Shown here piece by piece: positions 28,105 through 36,709 of a stretch of DNA of 64,000 bases. Source of the DNA: a virus; the IMG/VR virus record IMGVR_UViG_3300000115_000012; one strand, written 5' to 3'. The position numbers and the translations under genes are program-made. Numbering within the stretch: the stretch's first letter is position 1; the number at the start of each line of letters is the position of its first letter. The notes below the pieces were generated by a model. That model was not told where the DNA came from. It was given only the letters and a program-made list of their open reading frames with translations, and searched no databases.

Positions 28105-28551
28105 CTATAGACTTTGATTCATTTTGGCCAGAAAGCGGTCTGCCAACTGGCCTTTGAATAAATTTGAGTAGTTAACCTGTAATACGAATACGAAGACCTT
28201 ATAGACCTCCAGTAATTCGTCCCCTGAAAATAACTCGTTAAAAGAACTATCGGTAATACGTCTACCGTCACAAGCAACACCCACTACACAACTCTTCATT
28301 AGAGCTACGAGTTCTTCTGGTGAATTACTTTGGAATAAGACAGAAAGACCTTCAGATAAAGCCAGAGCTTCGTCTTGTTCGGTTACTTTCTTATCTTTGG
28401 TAGACTGAGGAGAGTTCCCCATTAAAGTAGCTAACGAAGCTCCAAACGCTTTAGCTAAGCGGAACTTCGTTAACATAGATTTGTCTGCAGGCCACTGAGT
28501 AACACTGTACTCGTGATCGCCAATTTGTTTTGTTTCTGTTTTGCAAGCCAT
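28105..28551 (-). CDS. Tail assembly chaperone
   Basis: Position between tube and tape measure; GGAG RBS. Confidence 0.8.
   Translation of the reverse strand: MACKTETKQIGDHEYSVTQWPADKSMLTKFRLAKAFGASLATLMGNSPQSTKDKKVTEQDEALALSEGLSVLFQSNSPEELVALMKSCVVGVACDGRRITDSSFNELFSGDELLEVYKVFVFVLQVNYSNLFKGQLADRFLAKMNQSL
28159..28165 (-). promoter_or_regulatory. -1 ribosomal slippery heptamer A AAT TTA with a downstream hairpin
   Basis: In-frame X XXY YYZ; GGCCAG/CTGGCC stem begins 6 nt downstream (28152-28126). Confidence 0.65.
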
Positions 28552-28571
28552 TATAAACTCCGGTCTAGTTT

Positions 28572-28649
28572 ATTCCGGCCTAAATAAAATCCGAGGAAGG
28601 TTATCTTCATTAGGCCGGAATCATAAAGATAAATGAACCCTTCCTCGGA
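28572..28649 (-). promoter_or_regulatory. Interleaved 11-bp and 12-bp stems (H-type pseudoknot candidate) in the chaperone leader
   Basis: 28590-28600 pairs with 28639-28649; 28572-28583 pairs with 28610-28621. Confidence 0.55.
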
Positions 28650-28656
28650 AAACTTT

Positions 28657-29073
28657 TTAACCACCGTGAAGTAAGTCTAAACGCTCCACTGTAATCATCC
28701 ATTCCTGACCATTCGCATTAGTACCACGAGTCATTGATGCAGGACGGTTAATATAACCCTGAGTACCAGAACCTAAGTCCAGTCCACGAGTGTCTTTGAA
28801 TTGCATAAAGATTGGAATGAACGCTCCATTCTCTTGTGCATTAACTAACCCTGATAAATAGGTATTAGAGTCAGAAGACTGCATAAGTCTAAAAGTACAA
28901 GTACCTGAACGGTCTGCACTAATAGACACTGTCATCTCACCATCTGTACCAATCTTGTGAGCAGCTGAATCATTCAACCGCTCGAGAGCGATTACATCAT
29001 CACCCTCGTCGAAGCCGCTGATCTCTACGCCATTCACAAGCAATAGGGTATCTAGAAAGCTATATTCTTTCAT
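28657..29073 (-). CDS. Tail tube protein (DUF3277-like)
   Basis: YSFLD, GTDGE, SG..TFRLMQSS.SN.YL. Confidence 0.88.
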   Translation of the reverse strand: MKEYSFLDTLLLVNGVEISGFDEGDDVIALERLNDSAAHKIGTDGEMTVSISADRSGTCTFRLMQSSDSNTYLSGLVNAQENGAFIPIFMQFKDTRGLDLGSGTQGYINRPASMTRGTNANGQEWMITVERLDLLHGG

Positions 29074-29084
29074 TTAAGTTCTCC

Positions 29085-30578
29085 TTATCGCTCGAAAATA
29101 CCATTGATCTGGACACTATGAATAGCACCAGCACCTAAAACCGTAAAGCTCAAACCAGGATAATAACGAGCTTCTTTATCCGATTGGTTGATATCTTCAA
29201 CCGGAATAACTGTCGTCTTATAACCATTTGGTAAGAACTCACCATCAATTGTCTCACCTGGAGCAATAAGACCGTTGTTAACGGCTTCGTCCAATGCTGA
29301 GATAACTTGTTGCTCAATCGCTGCTACACCTTTGTTGGTATATGGAACTTTAGTAGTACGAGTTAACAAGTAACCGAACACATTAGTTTCTACCGCATTT
29401 TGTAACCAGTCAATACCATGTACTTCATCAAAGAATACACCGCTTGCCATCCACGATTCAGCATACATATCACTTGAGCCAACTTCAATTAGAGCATTGG
29501 CAAACTTACTATCCAATGTAGCTTTTTGAGATTGAGTTAATTGTTCAACTGTGATTGTTGGCATCTGTTTGAACTTCAGTGTAATAGTGCTGTTTGTTTG
29601 ACTGAAGTTAACAGTAAACGCACGACCAAGAACAGAAGCTGAAGGATACTGGTTAGGATAAGAACTAAACGTAGTAATAGTACGACGTAAATTCTTAGCT
29701 GATAACACAGAAGCGATATCGTTAGTTGTCACACTATCTAAAACATCTAAATCATTAGTAGTGTTCGCAAACACCTTAACTCGTGCTTCACACCAATCAG
29801 CAGCAGCTTCTACAGCGTCTTCAGTATTAACTATGAAACCATCTCGTACTTCCTTGGTGAACATAAGTCCATACCAGTCGGTATCAATTTCCTGAATAGC
29901 GTTAAGAGAAGCAGTGATTGTTTCTGCATCGATACCACCAGTTTTAGTTCCTTCACCTTGTTTCATTTGTAACAAAGAAGAAACGTCAGTACCACTTGCA
30001 GGATCTACAGCTCGTAAAAAGCTAATTGCAGATGATGCACCAGTTGTACCTGAATTAATGAAGAAGCGACCAGATGTTTCGTCACCTTCATAAATACAAG
30101 TCGCAGCAGTGTAACCACCAGTCGCTACAGCCTGTAAAGCTGTTTGGATTGTAGCTGCAATCTGATCACCGTCGGTATCACTGGTAAAATCTAAAGCGGT
30201 AATATCTTCATTAGCACCGTCAATCGTTGCAGCAAAAGAACCGTCCGAAATAGCAATAAGCGAAGCCAAATCAGCAGCTAGTACAGAACCACCTCTTAAT
30301 TGTGCCGCTTGTGCCGTTGGGTAACGAGTTGAAACTTTTAAAGCTGTTGGTTTAGGTTGTTGGCTAAAATAAGCCGTAGCCGCACCAACTACTTCAGAAT
30401 CAGCAGGCCAATCGGCTGTGACTCCGTCTAAGTTTTGATAAGAGCGAATTCGTTCAGCAATGCCAATAACACCCGTTTCCGAAGTAACGATGTTAAGAGT
30501 GCCGAACCCTGCTCTCGCTGGGAATGGAGCACCAATGGCGATGCTGACATTAACCACGCTAGAAACTGGGATTGTCAT
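29085..30578 (-). CDS. Tail sheath protein (DUF3383-like)
   Basis: SVVNVSI, YFSQQPKP, ITLKFKQ.P, FFDEVHG.DWLQN, KVPYT..G, AGAIHSV. Confidence 0.92.
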   Translation of the reverse strand: MTIPVSSVVNVSIAIGAPFPARAGFGTLNIVTSETGVIGIAERIRSYQNLDGVTADWPADSEVVGAATAYFSQQPKPTALKVSTRYPTAQAAQLRGGSVLAADLASLIAISDGSFAATIDGANEDITALDFTSDTDGDQIAATIQTALQAVATGGYTAATCIYEGDETSGRFFINSGTTGASSAISFLRAVDPASGTDVSSLLQMKQGEGTKTGGIDAETITASLNAIQEIDTDWYGLMFTKEVRDGFIVNTEDAVEAAADWCEARVKVFANTTNDLDVLDSVTTNDIASVLSAKNLRRTITTFSSYPNQYPSASVLGRAFTVNFSQTNSTITLKFKQMPTITVEQLTQSQKATLDSKFANALIEVGSSDMYAESWMASGVFFDEVHGIDWLQNAVETNVFGYLLTRTTKVPYTNKGVAAIEQQVISALDEAVNNGLIAPGETIDGEFLPNGYKTTVIPVEDINQSDKEARYYPGLSFTVLGAGAIHSVQINGIFER

Positions 30579-30579
30579 G

Positions 30580-31116
30580 TTATTGCACCTCTATATTGAA
30601 GTTGTATGTTAAACCACGAGCTTGGAACTCACCACTGATATCTACAGAACCTATAGATTCAATTAAATCAGCATCCGTACCCACAGCGCTCAGAAATATA
30701 TCAAACTGAGCTCTTTCTTCCCATCCGTTTTCTAAGGATTCAGAAATCTCCCTAACCTCAGAACGTCTTGTTAAGCCTAAACCAGCTTGACGGAATAAAC
30801 TCTGTATAGATTCACGAGTCATTCCTTGATGCACCTTCCTGGCATTGTCTACTGAACTGTTACGATAAAATCCGATAGACATCATTATTTGCCGCATACC
30901 TTTAGAAGTTACATCTAGCTTGGAATCTATATCACGATTCTCATATTGGAATTGTTCCCAACCGAGTCCCGTATCGCTAACAAAATCAACATCACCATAA
31001 TCACCCGTAGGTCTAGGAGCATCTTTTTGCTTAGCCTTAATTGTGTAACCTTGAGAACTTAAAAGCAAGTCTGTCGTGTCACGTAATAGTTTATTAATTG
31101 TTTCCTCTAGTATCAT
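30580..31116 (-). CDS. Tail terminator/neck protein
   Basis: Position before the sheath gene; WEERAQFD motif. Confidence 0.72.
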   Translation of the reverse strand: MILEETINKLLRDTTDLLLSSQGYTIKAKQKDAPRPTGDYGDVDFVSDTGLGWEQFQYENRDIDSKLDVTSKGMRQIMMSIGFYRNSSVDNARKVHQGMTRESIQSLFRQAGLGLTRRSEVREISESLENGWEERAQFDIFLSAVGTDADLIESIGSVDISGEFQARGLTYNFNIEVQ

Positions 31117-31469
31117 TGGTCTCTTGCTCCAAAGGAAGTAGTATGTCCGTAGGAATCCCAGTCACCTGCCGATATAATTTTATAATTGAAACCTTTATAT
31201 CTAACTAGGTCAGCGATAAGCCCATCTCTATCACTAGCGGTACGAACAGGCTTTTTAGATATGAACTTACGTATATCTTTATTACGCTCACCTTCTGGTA
31301 AGTTCTGTAATTCTTCTGGAGTTGGTTGTTGAACACTACATACCGTTTTGAAAGTCGATTGACCTCCCTTTTGATATATACCATCTACATAACCACCGCC
31401 TGATGTGCGTATTACAGTTACTATTTCGGATGTGTCTGTGTCTAGTGCTTCGGATACATTAACTGGCAT
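31113..31469 (-). CDS. Head-closure protein
   Basis: SVQQP..EELQ.LPEGER, DLVRYKG..YKI..AGDW..YG. Confidence 0.78.
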   Translation of the reverse strand: MPVNVSEALDTDTSEIVTVIRTSGGGYVDGIYQKGGQSTFKTVCSVQQPTPEELQNLPEGERNKDIRKFISKKPVRTASDRDGLIADLVRYKGFNYKIISAGDWDSYGHTTSFGARDQ

Positions 31470-31921
31470 TAGTCTTCAACCTCAAAAGTTATAGATTGAC
31501 GTAAGTGACCAGTATCAACAAGAGGATTACCCTCTCTATATTTTAATTCTGGTTCCTTTATATCTGTTATCTTTTCTCTAACATCGGTTTGAACTTGCAA
31601 ACCAATAAGACCAAGAGCTTGTTTCTTGGTTATTTGACCTTTAATAATACGTATGGATAACTTCTTAAACATGTCTTTATAAGGACGTTTGTTAGATTCT
31701 ACAGTGGATCTTAAGAAACTACGCTGAGGGATATTTTTAGAAGGGCTACCAAACTCATGAACAGTACCAACCATTATAACCGAAGTTCCGTCAGGGTAAT
31801 CGTTACTACCTTTAGGAAGACCAACTTTAACCAAGTTCGGACCTTTCAAAGACTTAGCTAATTTTTCTATTTCCTTAGCCGCTTTTCTTGGTGATTTGAT
31901 TACTTTGGTCTTGGACTTCAT
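31469..31921 (-). CDS. Neck/tail-completion protein (HK97 gp10-like)
   Basis: VKVG, HEFG...IPQRSFLR, NPLVDTGHLRQSIT. Confidence 0.82.
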   Translation of the reverse strand: MKSKTKVIKSPRKAAKEIEKLAKSLKGPNLVKVGLPKGSNDYPDGTSVIMVGTVHEFGSPSKNIPQRSFLRSTVESNKRPYKDMFKKLSIRIIKGQITKKQALGLIGLQVQTDVREKITDIKEPELKYREGNPLVDTGHLRQSITFEVED

Positions 31922-32313
31922 AAACAGTTAGCCACAAGAACACCTACGAAACAGGTATTACGAATAATTAAGAATTGTTGACCATAAGAAGTACCCATAT
32001 AGAAGTCATCCATATCAGAACGATCCTTAGCTACTACTGCACGACTAACTGAAACACCACCTGCACTCTTAGAAGAAACTGGTCCAGCTTTAACAGAACT
32101 ATCACCTGCTTCAGCTCCAGTACCAATGGTAAGAAGATGAGCCGCTAAATAGCACTGAGCGTAATTATATTTATTACACCAACGACCTTCATCAGTTCCC
32201 ATATAAGCGTTAGCAGAGTCATCTAGGAATAATTGAATACGTACATCAGAGTATTCTACATTATCTGCAAACTCTGGGAAACGTATTCTGAATTCTTCTA
32301 CTGTACAAGCCAT
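31918..32313 (-). CDS. Head-tail adaptor (DUF4054-like)
   Basis: FRIRFPEF, YLAAHLL, VSSKSAGGVSVS, T.YGQQF. Confidence 0.88.
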   Translation of the reverse strand: MACTVEEFRIRFPEFADNVEYSDVRIQLFLDDSANAYMGTDEGRWCNKYNYAQCYLAAHLLTIGTGAEAGDSSVKAGPVSSKSAGGVSVSRAVVAKDRSDMDDFYMGTSYGQQFLIIRNTCFVGVLVANCL

Positions 32314-32314
32314 A

Positions 32315-32737
32315 TTAACCTCTGGTAATTTTGTATATTAGTACAGCACCGATAATACCTACTAACCATTTTAGGACTTCTTTACTTACGTCCTTTTGAC
32401 CTTTATTTACATCTTTGTTAGCTTCAAGATCGTCTATCTTTTTCTTAAGAGTACCAACATCGTCTTGAACATTAGTTATTAGGCGTTCTACAGAGGACTT
32501 ATCTCCAAAATTAGCTTGCCATAACTCAGATTCCCTAATACGAGTATCATGGTTATCGAGTCTACTACCGTATCTAGATAGAGCTTGGTCGTGACTATTT
32601 ACACGCTCTTCAAGTCTAACTACTTCTGATAGTTGTGATTCAATTCCCGATAATCTATCGCTTATGGTATCTAGAGTTTTCCATAATCTAGTTTCGGATA
32701 ATTCATTCACATTTTCTAATCCTCTGAGTTCATTCAT
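32315..32737 (-). CDS. Coiled-coil protein with a C-terminal transmembrane helix
   Basis: Heptad repeats, then WLVGIIGAVLIY. Confidence 0.7.
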   Translation of the reverse strand: MNELRGLENVNELSETRLWKTLDTISDRLSGIESQLSEVVRLEERVNSHDQALSRYGSRLDNHDTRIRESELWQANFGDKSSVERLITNVQDDVGTLKKKIDDLEANKDVNKGQKDVSKEVLKWLVGIIGAVLIYKITRG

Positions 32738-32798
32738 AAAAACTAATAAGGTCCATTATTGTTCTTTTAAATAGATTACTCGTAAATAACCTATTTAA

Positions 32799-32826
32799 AA
32801 GAACCTCAGCCGAAACTGAGATTCTT
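32799..32826 (-). terminator. Terminator after the capsid genes
   Basis: aagaatctcag-tttcgg-ctgaggttctt followed by tt on the minus strand. Confidence 0.6.
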
Positions 32827-32830
32827 AGTT

Positions 32831-33121
32831 CTACTTCTTAGCAGGCTTAGGAGCAGGAGTCGATTTAGACTTAGCTTTGGTATCAGGATCTTGTTCTAAC
32901 TCAAGATCGTCAACTTTATCACCAAATTCCAAATGACCTTTCTTCTGTAGCTCAGCTACGTAAGGATCTACCGTTTTGCCGTCTTTAGATACAAAGGCTT
33001 CCCAATGAGCGTCTTCAACTACGTTGAACCCAGGAGCAACTCGTACCGTAACACGATTACCAGTTTTAGCAAGACACTTCAGGTTGAACTGACGTGCTGT
33101 TTTATTTACGATTCCGGCCAT
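32831..33121 (-). CDS. hypothetical head-associated protein
   Basis: Follows the major capsid gene; start at ATG 33121. Confidence 0.7.
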   Translation of the reverse strand: MAGIVNKTARQFNLKCLAKTGNRVTVRVAPGFNVVEDAHWEAFVSKDGKTVDPYVAELQKKGHLEFGDKVDDLELEQDPDTKAKSKSTPAPKPAKK

Positions 33122-33125
33122 GATC

Positions 33126-34166
33126 TTAAATCCCCGTTGCAATAGCTAGTGAAAGAGGATAGTAGATATTTAGACCTGCTAAACGGCTACGTCCAGGAAC
33201 TACGAACTCAAGGTTCTTCTGTTGAACAGGAAGCATTTCCAATTCTACAGGAATCTCAAGCTGAAGCTTATCTGGGTTACGGTCATAAGCGACCATAGCA
33301 TCAGCAGTAAGCTCAGGGTTATTCGCAGCAGCACATTCGTTAACAGGAATGATATCGTCAATGCTAGTTAGGTAAGGGCTATTAGCCGCTACATACTGAG
33401 CAATGGTTGTATCGCTGTTAGACGCACGAGGAGTAGACATGATATAAGACCATTGAGCAGCAGGTAACAATAAAGTATTACCTTGTTCAACCATCTTAGT
33501 AGTCTCGAAAATATCAGCGAACAAGTCGTTAATATCGAACAAGATTTCATCAGGTGATTTGTTTACCCACGCTGTACCAGAACCAGGATTCACTACAGCA
33601 CCAGTTGGAATATTAGGGTTACTAAATAGACCAGGAAGACCACTGGTAGCATCACCGAAGAACGCTACGTCGTTAACCACTTGCTCATTAGAACGACGAG
33701 CAGCATTAGCACGACGTTGGTCAAGAGAAGAACCAGTTAACTGTGAAGATTGAATTTCGTCAAGGTTGTAACCGTAAGAAATACCAACCGAACGAACCGG
33801 AATAGTTGTCTCTTTACCTGCTACATCAGCACGAGGCAAATCATCAGCATAAGCGTTAATGATTTTAGCTGCACCAGCTTGGTCGTAAGTACGATAAGTG
33901 ATAGAGGTAACACCTGGACCACCTTCGTTAGACACTGGGAACAACATACGAGCTTTGAGTTCAGCATATCGAACATCGTAGCTACGAGCTTTAATATGCT
34001 CTAATTGACGTTGGAAAAAGAAAGCACCATCAGCGTCCATAATACCATTGCCGATAGCAGATGAGATAGCACCATCAATTGTGATAGTTTTACCTTGATC
34101 TACTACAGTGGCGAAAGCACCGTCGAACTGCATAGTGGAACCGTTACGAAGTTTAAATTGTTTCAT
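33126..34166 (-). CDS. Major capsid protein (DUF2184/encapsulin-like HK97 fold)
   Basis: FFQRQLEHI, RMLFPV, G.AKII..YADDLP..D, GLFSNPN, RSRLAGLNIYYP. Confidence 0.93.
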   Translation of the reverse strand: MKQFKLRNGSTMQFDGAFATVVDQGKTITIDGAISSAIGNGIMDADGAFFFQRQLEHIKARSYDVRYAELKARMLFPVSNEGGPGVTSITYRTYDQAGAAKIINAYADDLPRADVAGKETTIPVRSVGISYGYNLDEIQSSQLTGSSLDQRRANAARRSNEQVVNDVAFFGDATSGLPGLFSNPNIPTGAVVNPGSGTAWVNKSPDEILFDINDLFADIFETTKMVEQGNTLLLPAAQWSYIMSTPRASNSDTTIAQYVAANSPYLTSIDDIIPVNECAAANNPELTADAMVAYDRNPDKLQLEIPVELEMLPVQQKNLEFVVPGRSRLAGLNIYYPLSLAIATGI

Positions 34167-34179
34167 TATTCAGTCCTCC

Positions 34180-34659
34180 TTATGAACCAGCAGTAGTGTT
34201 AAGGCTGTTCAAACGGATCACAGCAAGCTCGCCAGCAGCAGCTACAGTATCCCATTGAGCACCATCAAGAGCGGTTTCACCTGCTCCAGCTGCACCAGAA
34301 TCGATAACGCCAGTAGCGTTAGTGTATTTAACAGCATCGCCTGGATTACAACCAGTTGGACATACAGCCCAGATGTAACCGTCACGAAGAATACCAGCAG
34401 CTTCTTTTTCGTTCCACTTAATAGCTCCGGTGTTTGCTGCACCTTCTTTATCTAGTGAACGAATAGTAATACCAGTAAATGTAGTACCGCCTGCAACGAT
34501 TTGACGTTCTAGGTTAGTACCACGGCTTACAGCGACACCAAAGCCGATACCAGCTACAGTCTCTACGTCACGAGAAACGATATCGTGAGGAGCTTGAGCG
34601 TATACCAAACCTGCATAGGCTTTAGGTTGCTTAATTGAATAGGAAGTTTGGGCGCTCAT
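34180..34659 (-). CDS. Capsid cement/decoration protein
   Basis: Between protease and capsid; IGFGVAV, G.IW, Gly/Ala/Thr-rich. Confidence 0.8.
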   Translation of the reverse strand: MSAQTSYSIKQPKAYAGLVYAQAPHDIVSRDVETVAGIGFGVAVSRGTNLERQIVAGGTTFTGITIRSLDKEGAANTGAIKWNEKEAAGILRDGYIWAVCPTGCNPGDAVKYTNATGVIDSGAAGAGETALDGAQWDTVAAAGELAVIRLNSLNTTAGS

Positions 34660-35810
34660 TATTTAGCTCCTTTGGTTTTCCAAGCATTTTGACTGTCAGC
34701 CATCATCTTTTCACGAGCGATGACGTCAGCCGAACGAGTGTCTTCAACTTTCTTGCTTTTGTCATTTACTTGTTGGGTAAACGCATCGTCAAGTTGTTGC
34801 TGACTGTTAGATTCAACAGACTCAACCAACATATCAAAGCGAGCTTTAATATAGTCTGTTGAAACAGAGTCCATTTGAATATTTTGGCATTTAGCAGCAA
34901 CCACTTCACGACGAAGAGTATCTGCATCTTTACCTTGCCATTCCATTTCAGGAGCTACTTTAAGGATCGAATCAACCAGAGCTGTTCTATCAGCGACTAG
35001 CTTGTCCAAAGTATCGGCAGTTGGGATTTTGGAATTAGCGTCGTCAAGTTTAGCTTTCAAAGAATCTTCGGTTTTCTTGGCTTCTTTAGCCTCTTCTTCC
35101 ATTTCATCTTCTTTAGCTTTAACTTCTTCAGCTTTCATTTGGGTTTCTTTTTCAGCGTCAATCAGACTAGCTTGCAGTTTACCAACTGCTTGAGCAGCCT
35201 GATCAGACACCTCAAAATCTACCCCATCAATGGTGATTTTAGCCATAGTGACTGTATCTCCTAAGTTGGGTAAGTTGTCGGCCACTCTGCAAGCAGGTCC
35301 AGCGCGACCACGTTCTACGATGGCAATGTGATTGCCCTTAATGTTTCTCTGGACAGCGTCGTATTGCTCACCATCCGGAGTAACTCCTGGAGTCCAATCG
35401 ATATCAGCCGTGTAACCATTAGATAGTTCACATTTACCGCTCTCTATGTTTTTAATGGCTTCTTCGTCTGTTACGTTTAGGACTGTTTTTGCGAACATAC
35501 CATCCCGAGTTACTTCAGGTCCAGAGAATCCAACGCCATATTGACGTGAGTTCTTAGTATTGACTAACTCAGGAGGATGATTGTTTGTAACTGGTTTACT
35601 AGCGAAAGAAGTAAGCGACTCATCTGAGAACACTTCCTCCTCTGGTCGGTAAACTCTAATGATATCCTGTGGATCTCTATCACTAAGACCCATCTCGATA
35701 GCTAGGTATTCTTGAATACCAGTGCGAGAAATACGAGCTGGAACCTTAAGAAAGCCCTCGTCAGTATATTCACGTTCTGTTGTAATATTCAGTCTATCTG
35801 CTAAAAACAT
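34659..35810 (-). CDS. Capsid maturation protease/scaffold (DUF2213-like)
   Basis: EGFL.V...ISRTGIQEY, YRPEEEVF, PVTNNHP, ELSNGY, NHIAIVERGRAG; coiled C-terminus. Confidence 0.9.
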   Translation of the reverse strand: MFLADRLNITTEREYTDEGFLKVPARISRTGIQEYLAIEMGLSDRDPQDIIRVYRPEEEVFSDESLTSFASKPVTNNHPPELVNTKNSRQYGVGFSGPEVTRDGMFAKTVLNVTDEEAIKNIESGKCELSNGYTADIDWTPGVTPDGEQYDAVQRNIKGNHIAIVERGRAGPACRVADNLPNLGDTVTMAKITIDGVDFEVSDQAAQAVGKLQASLIDAEKETQMKAEEVKAKEDEMEEEAKEAKKTEDSLKAKLDDANSKIPTADTLDKLVADRTALVDSILKVAPEMEWQGKDADTLRREVVAAKCQNIQMDSVSTDYIKARFDMLVESVESNSQQQLDDAFTQQVNDKSKKVEDTRSADVIAREKMMADSQNAWKTKGAK

Positions 35811-35835
35811 TTAAGGATCCTTATGGTTTGAATCA

Positions 35836-35864
35836 ATATTAAATCATGTTCTCAAGAAAAACAA
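35836..35864 (-). promoter_or_regulatory. Late promoter carrying the motif TGATTTAATATTGA
   Basis: TTGTTT-17 bp-TAATAT; 14-mer (35833-35846) identical to the one upstream of TerS. Confidence 0.55.
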
Positions 35865-35890
35865 CTTTTAGATAAAAATTACTCTAATAA

Positions 35891-36709
35891 CTATAACTTT
35901 ATAATAGGCTGAGCCACACAACGACATTGAATATCCTGGCCTGGATGTCCTGTGTCCTTTGGTGGATCGTCCCATCTAAATACTTTGCCGTTTTTAGTTC
36001 TATGAGAATCACGTACCCTTTCATCACCTGCTGTACGCCAAATATATTCCTCTACACCCAAGTTCTGAGAACGTTGTTGGGTAAGAGCCGAATTCAATTT
36101 AGAACTTTGATCACGAGCAATTAGCTTAGCACGATTATTAGTTACCTTACCTTGTTTGGATATTTGCTTAATCATTGATCCAGCTGTACTACCTTGAGTA
36201 GTTCCGCTAAATACTATACTTTCGATATTCTTAAAATACTCTTCAGGTATAGAACGAATAAGACTAACATTCTCACGAGTAGTCGCAACTAATACATCTT
36301 CTAGACCTTCATTCTGTAATACACTTTGTAAGTTTACACCAACTGCTTCTTCCATAGAAGAATAGAATCTTTGCTTATTCACTTGATTACTATTAGTAAC
36401 AAACGAATTAGCAACAATCTGTGCGTTCTCATTAATATCAGAATAAGACCTACGAAGGCGATTGAACGCCTCCTCTAAGGTTCTTGCATAAGCGTCATTA
36501 ACGTACTCAGGTTGTAGTTGTCTAAGCAATGGTACAATCTGAGTATTAACATCGTTACGTAGTTTAGCTGCTAACGCAGATAACTGTCTACGATACCTCA
36601 CTTCCGGAGACTTCGGGGTCTTCACTGGTCTCACCCGTTTCTTCTTCTCCTGTCGATGTTTCTTGTTCAGCTCCAGGTTCAAGGTTGTCGGTATCGGTGT
36701 CAAAGCCAT
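35891..36709 (-). CDS. Head morphogenesis protein (SPP1 gp7/Mu F-like)
   Basis: AKLIARDQ, YIWRTAGDERVRDSH, G.VF.WD.PP, HPGQDIQCRC. Confidence 0.92.
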   Translation of the reverse strand: MALTPIPTTLNLELNKKHRQEKKKRVRPVKTPKSPEVRYRRQLSALAAKLRNDVNTQIVPLLRQLQPEYVNDAYARTLEEAFNRLRRSYSDINENAQIVANSFVTNSNQVNKQRFYSSMEEAVGVNLQSVLQNEGLEDVLVATTRENVSLIRSIPEEYFKNIESIVFSGTTQGSTAGSMIKQISKQGKVTNNRAKLIARDQSSKLNSALTQQRSQNLGVEEYIWRTAGDERVRDSHRTKNGKVFRWDDPPKDTGHPGQDIQCRCVAQPIIKL

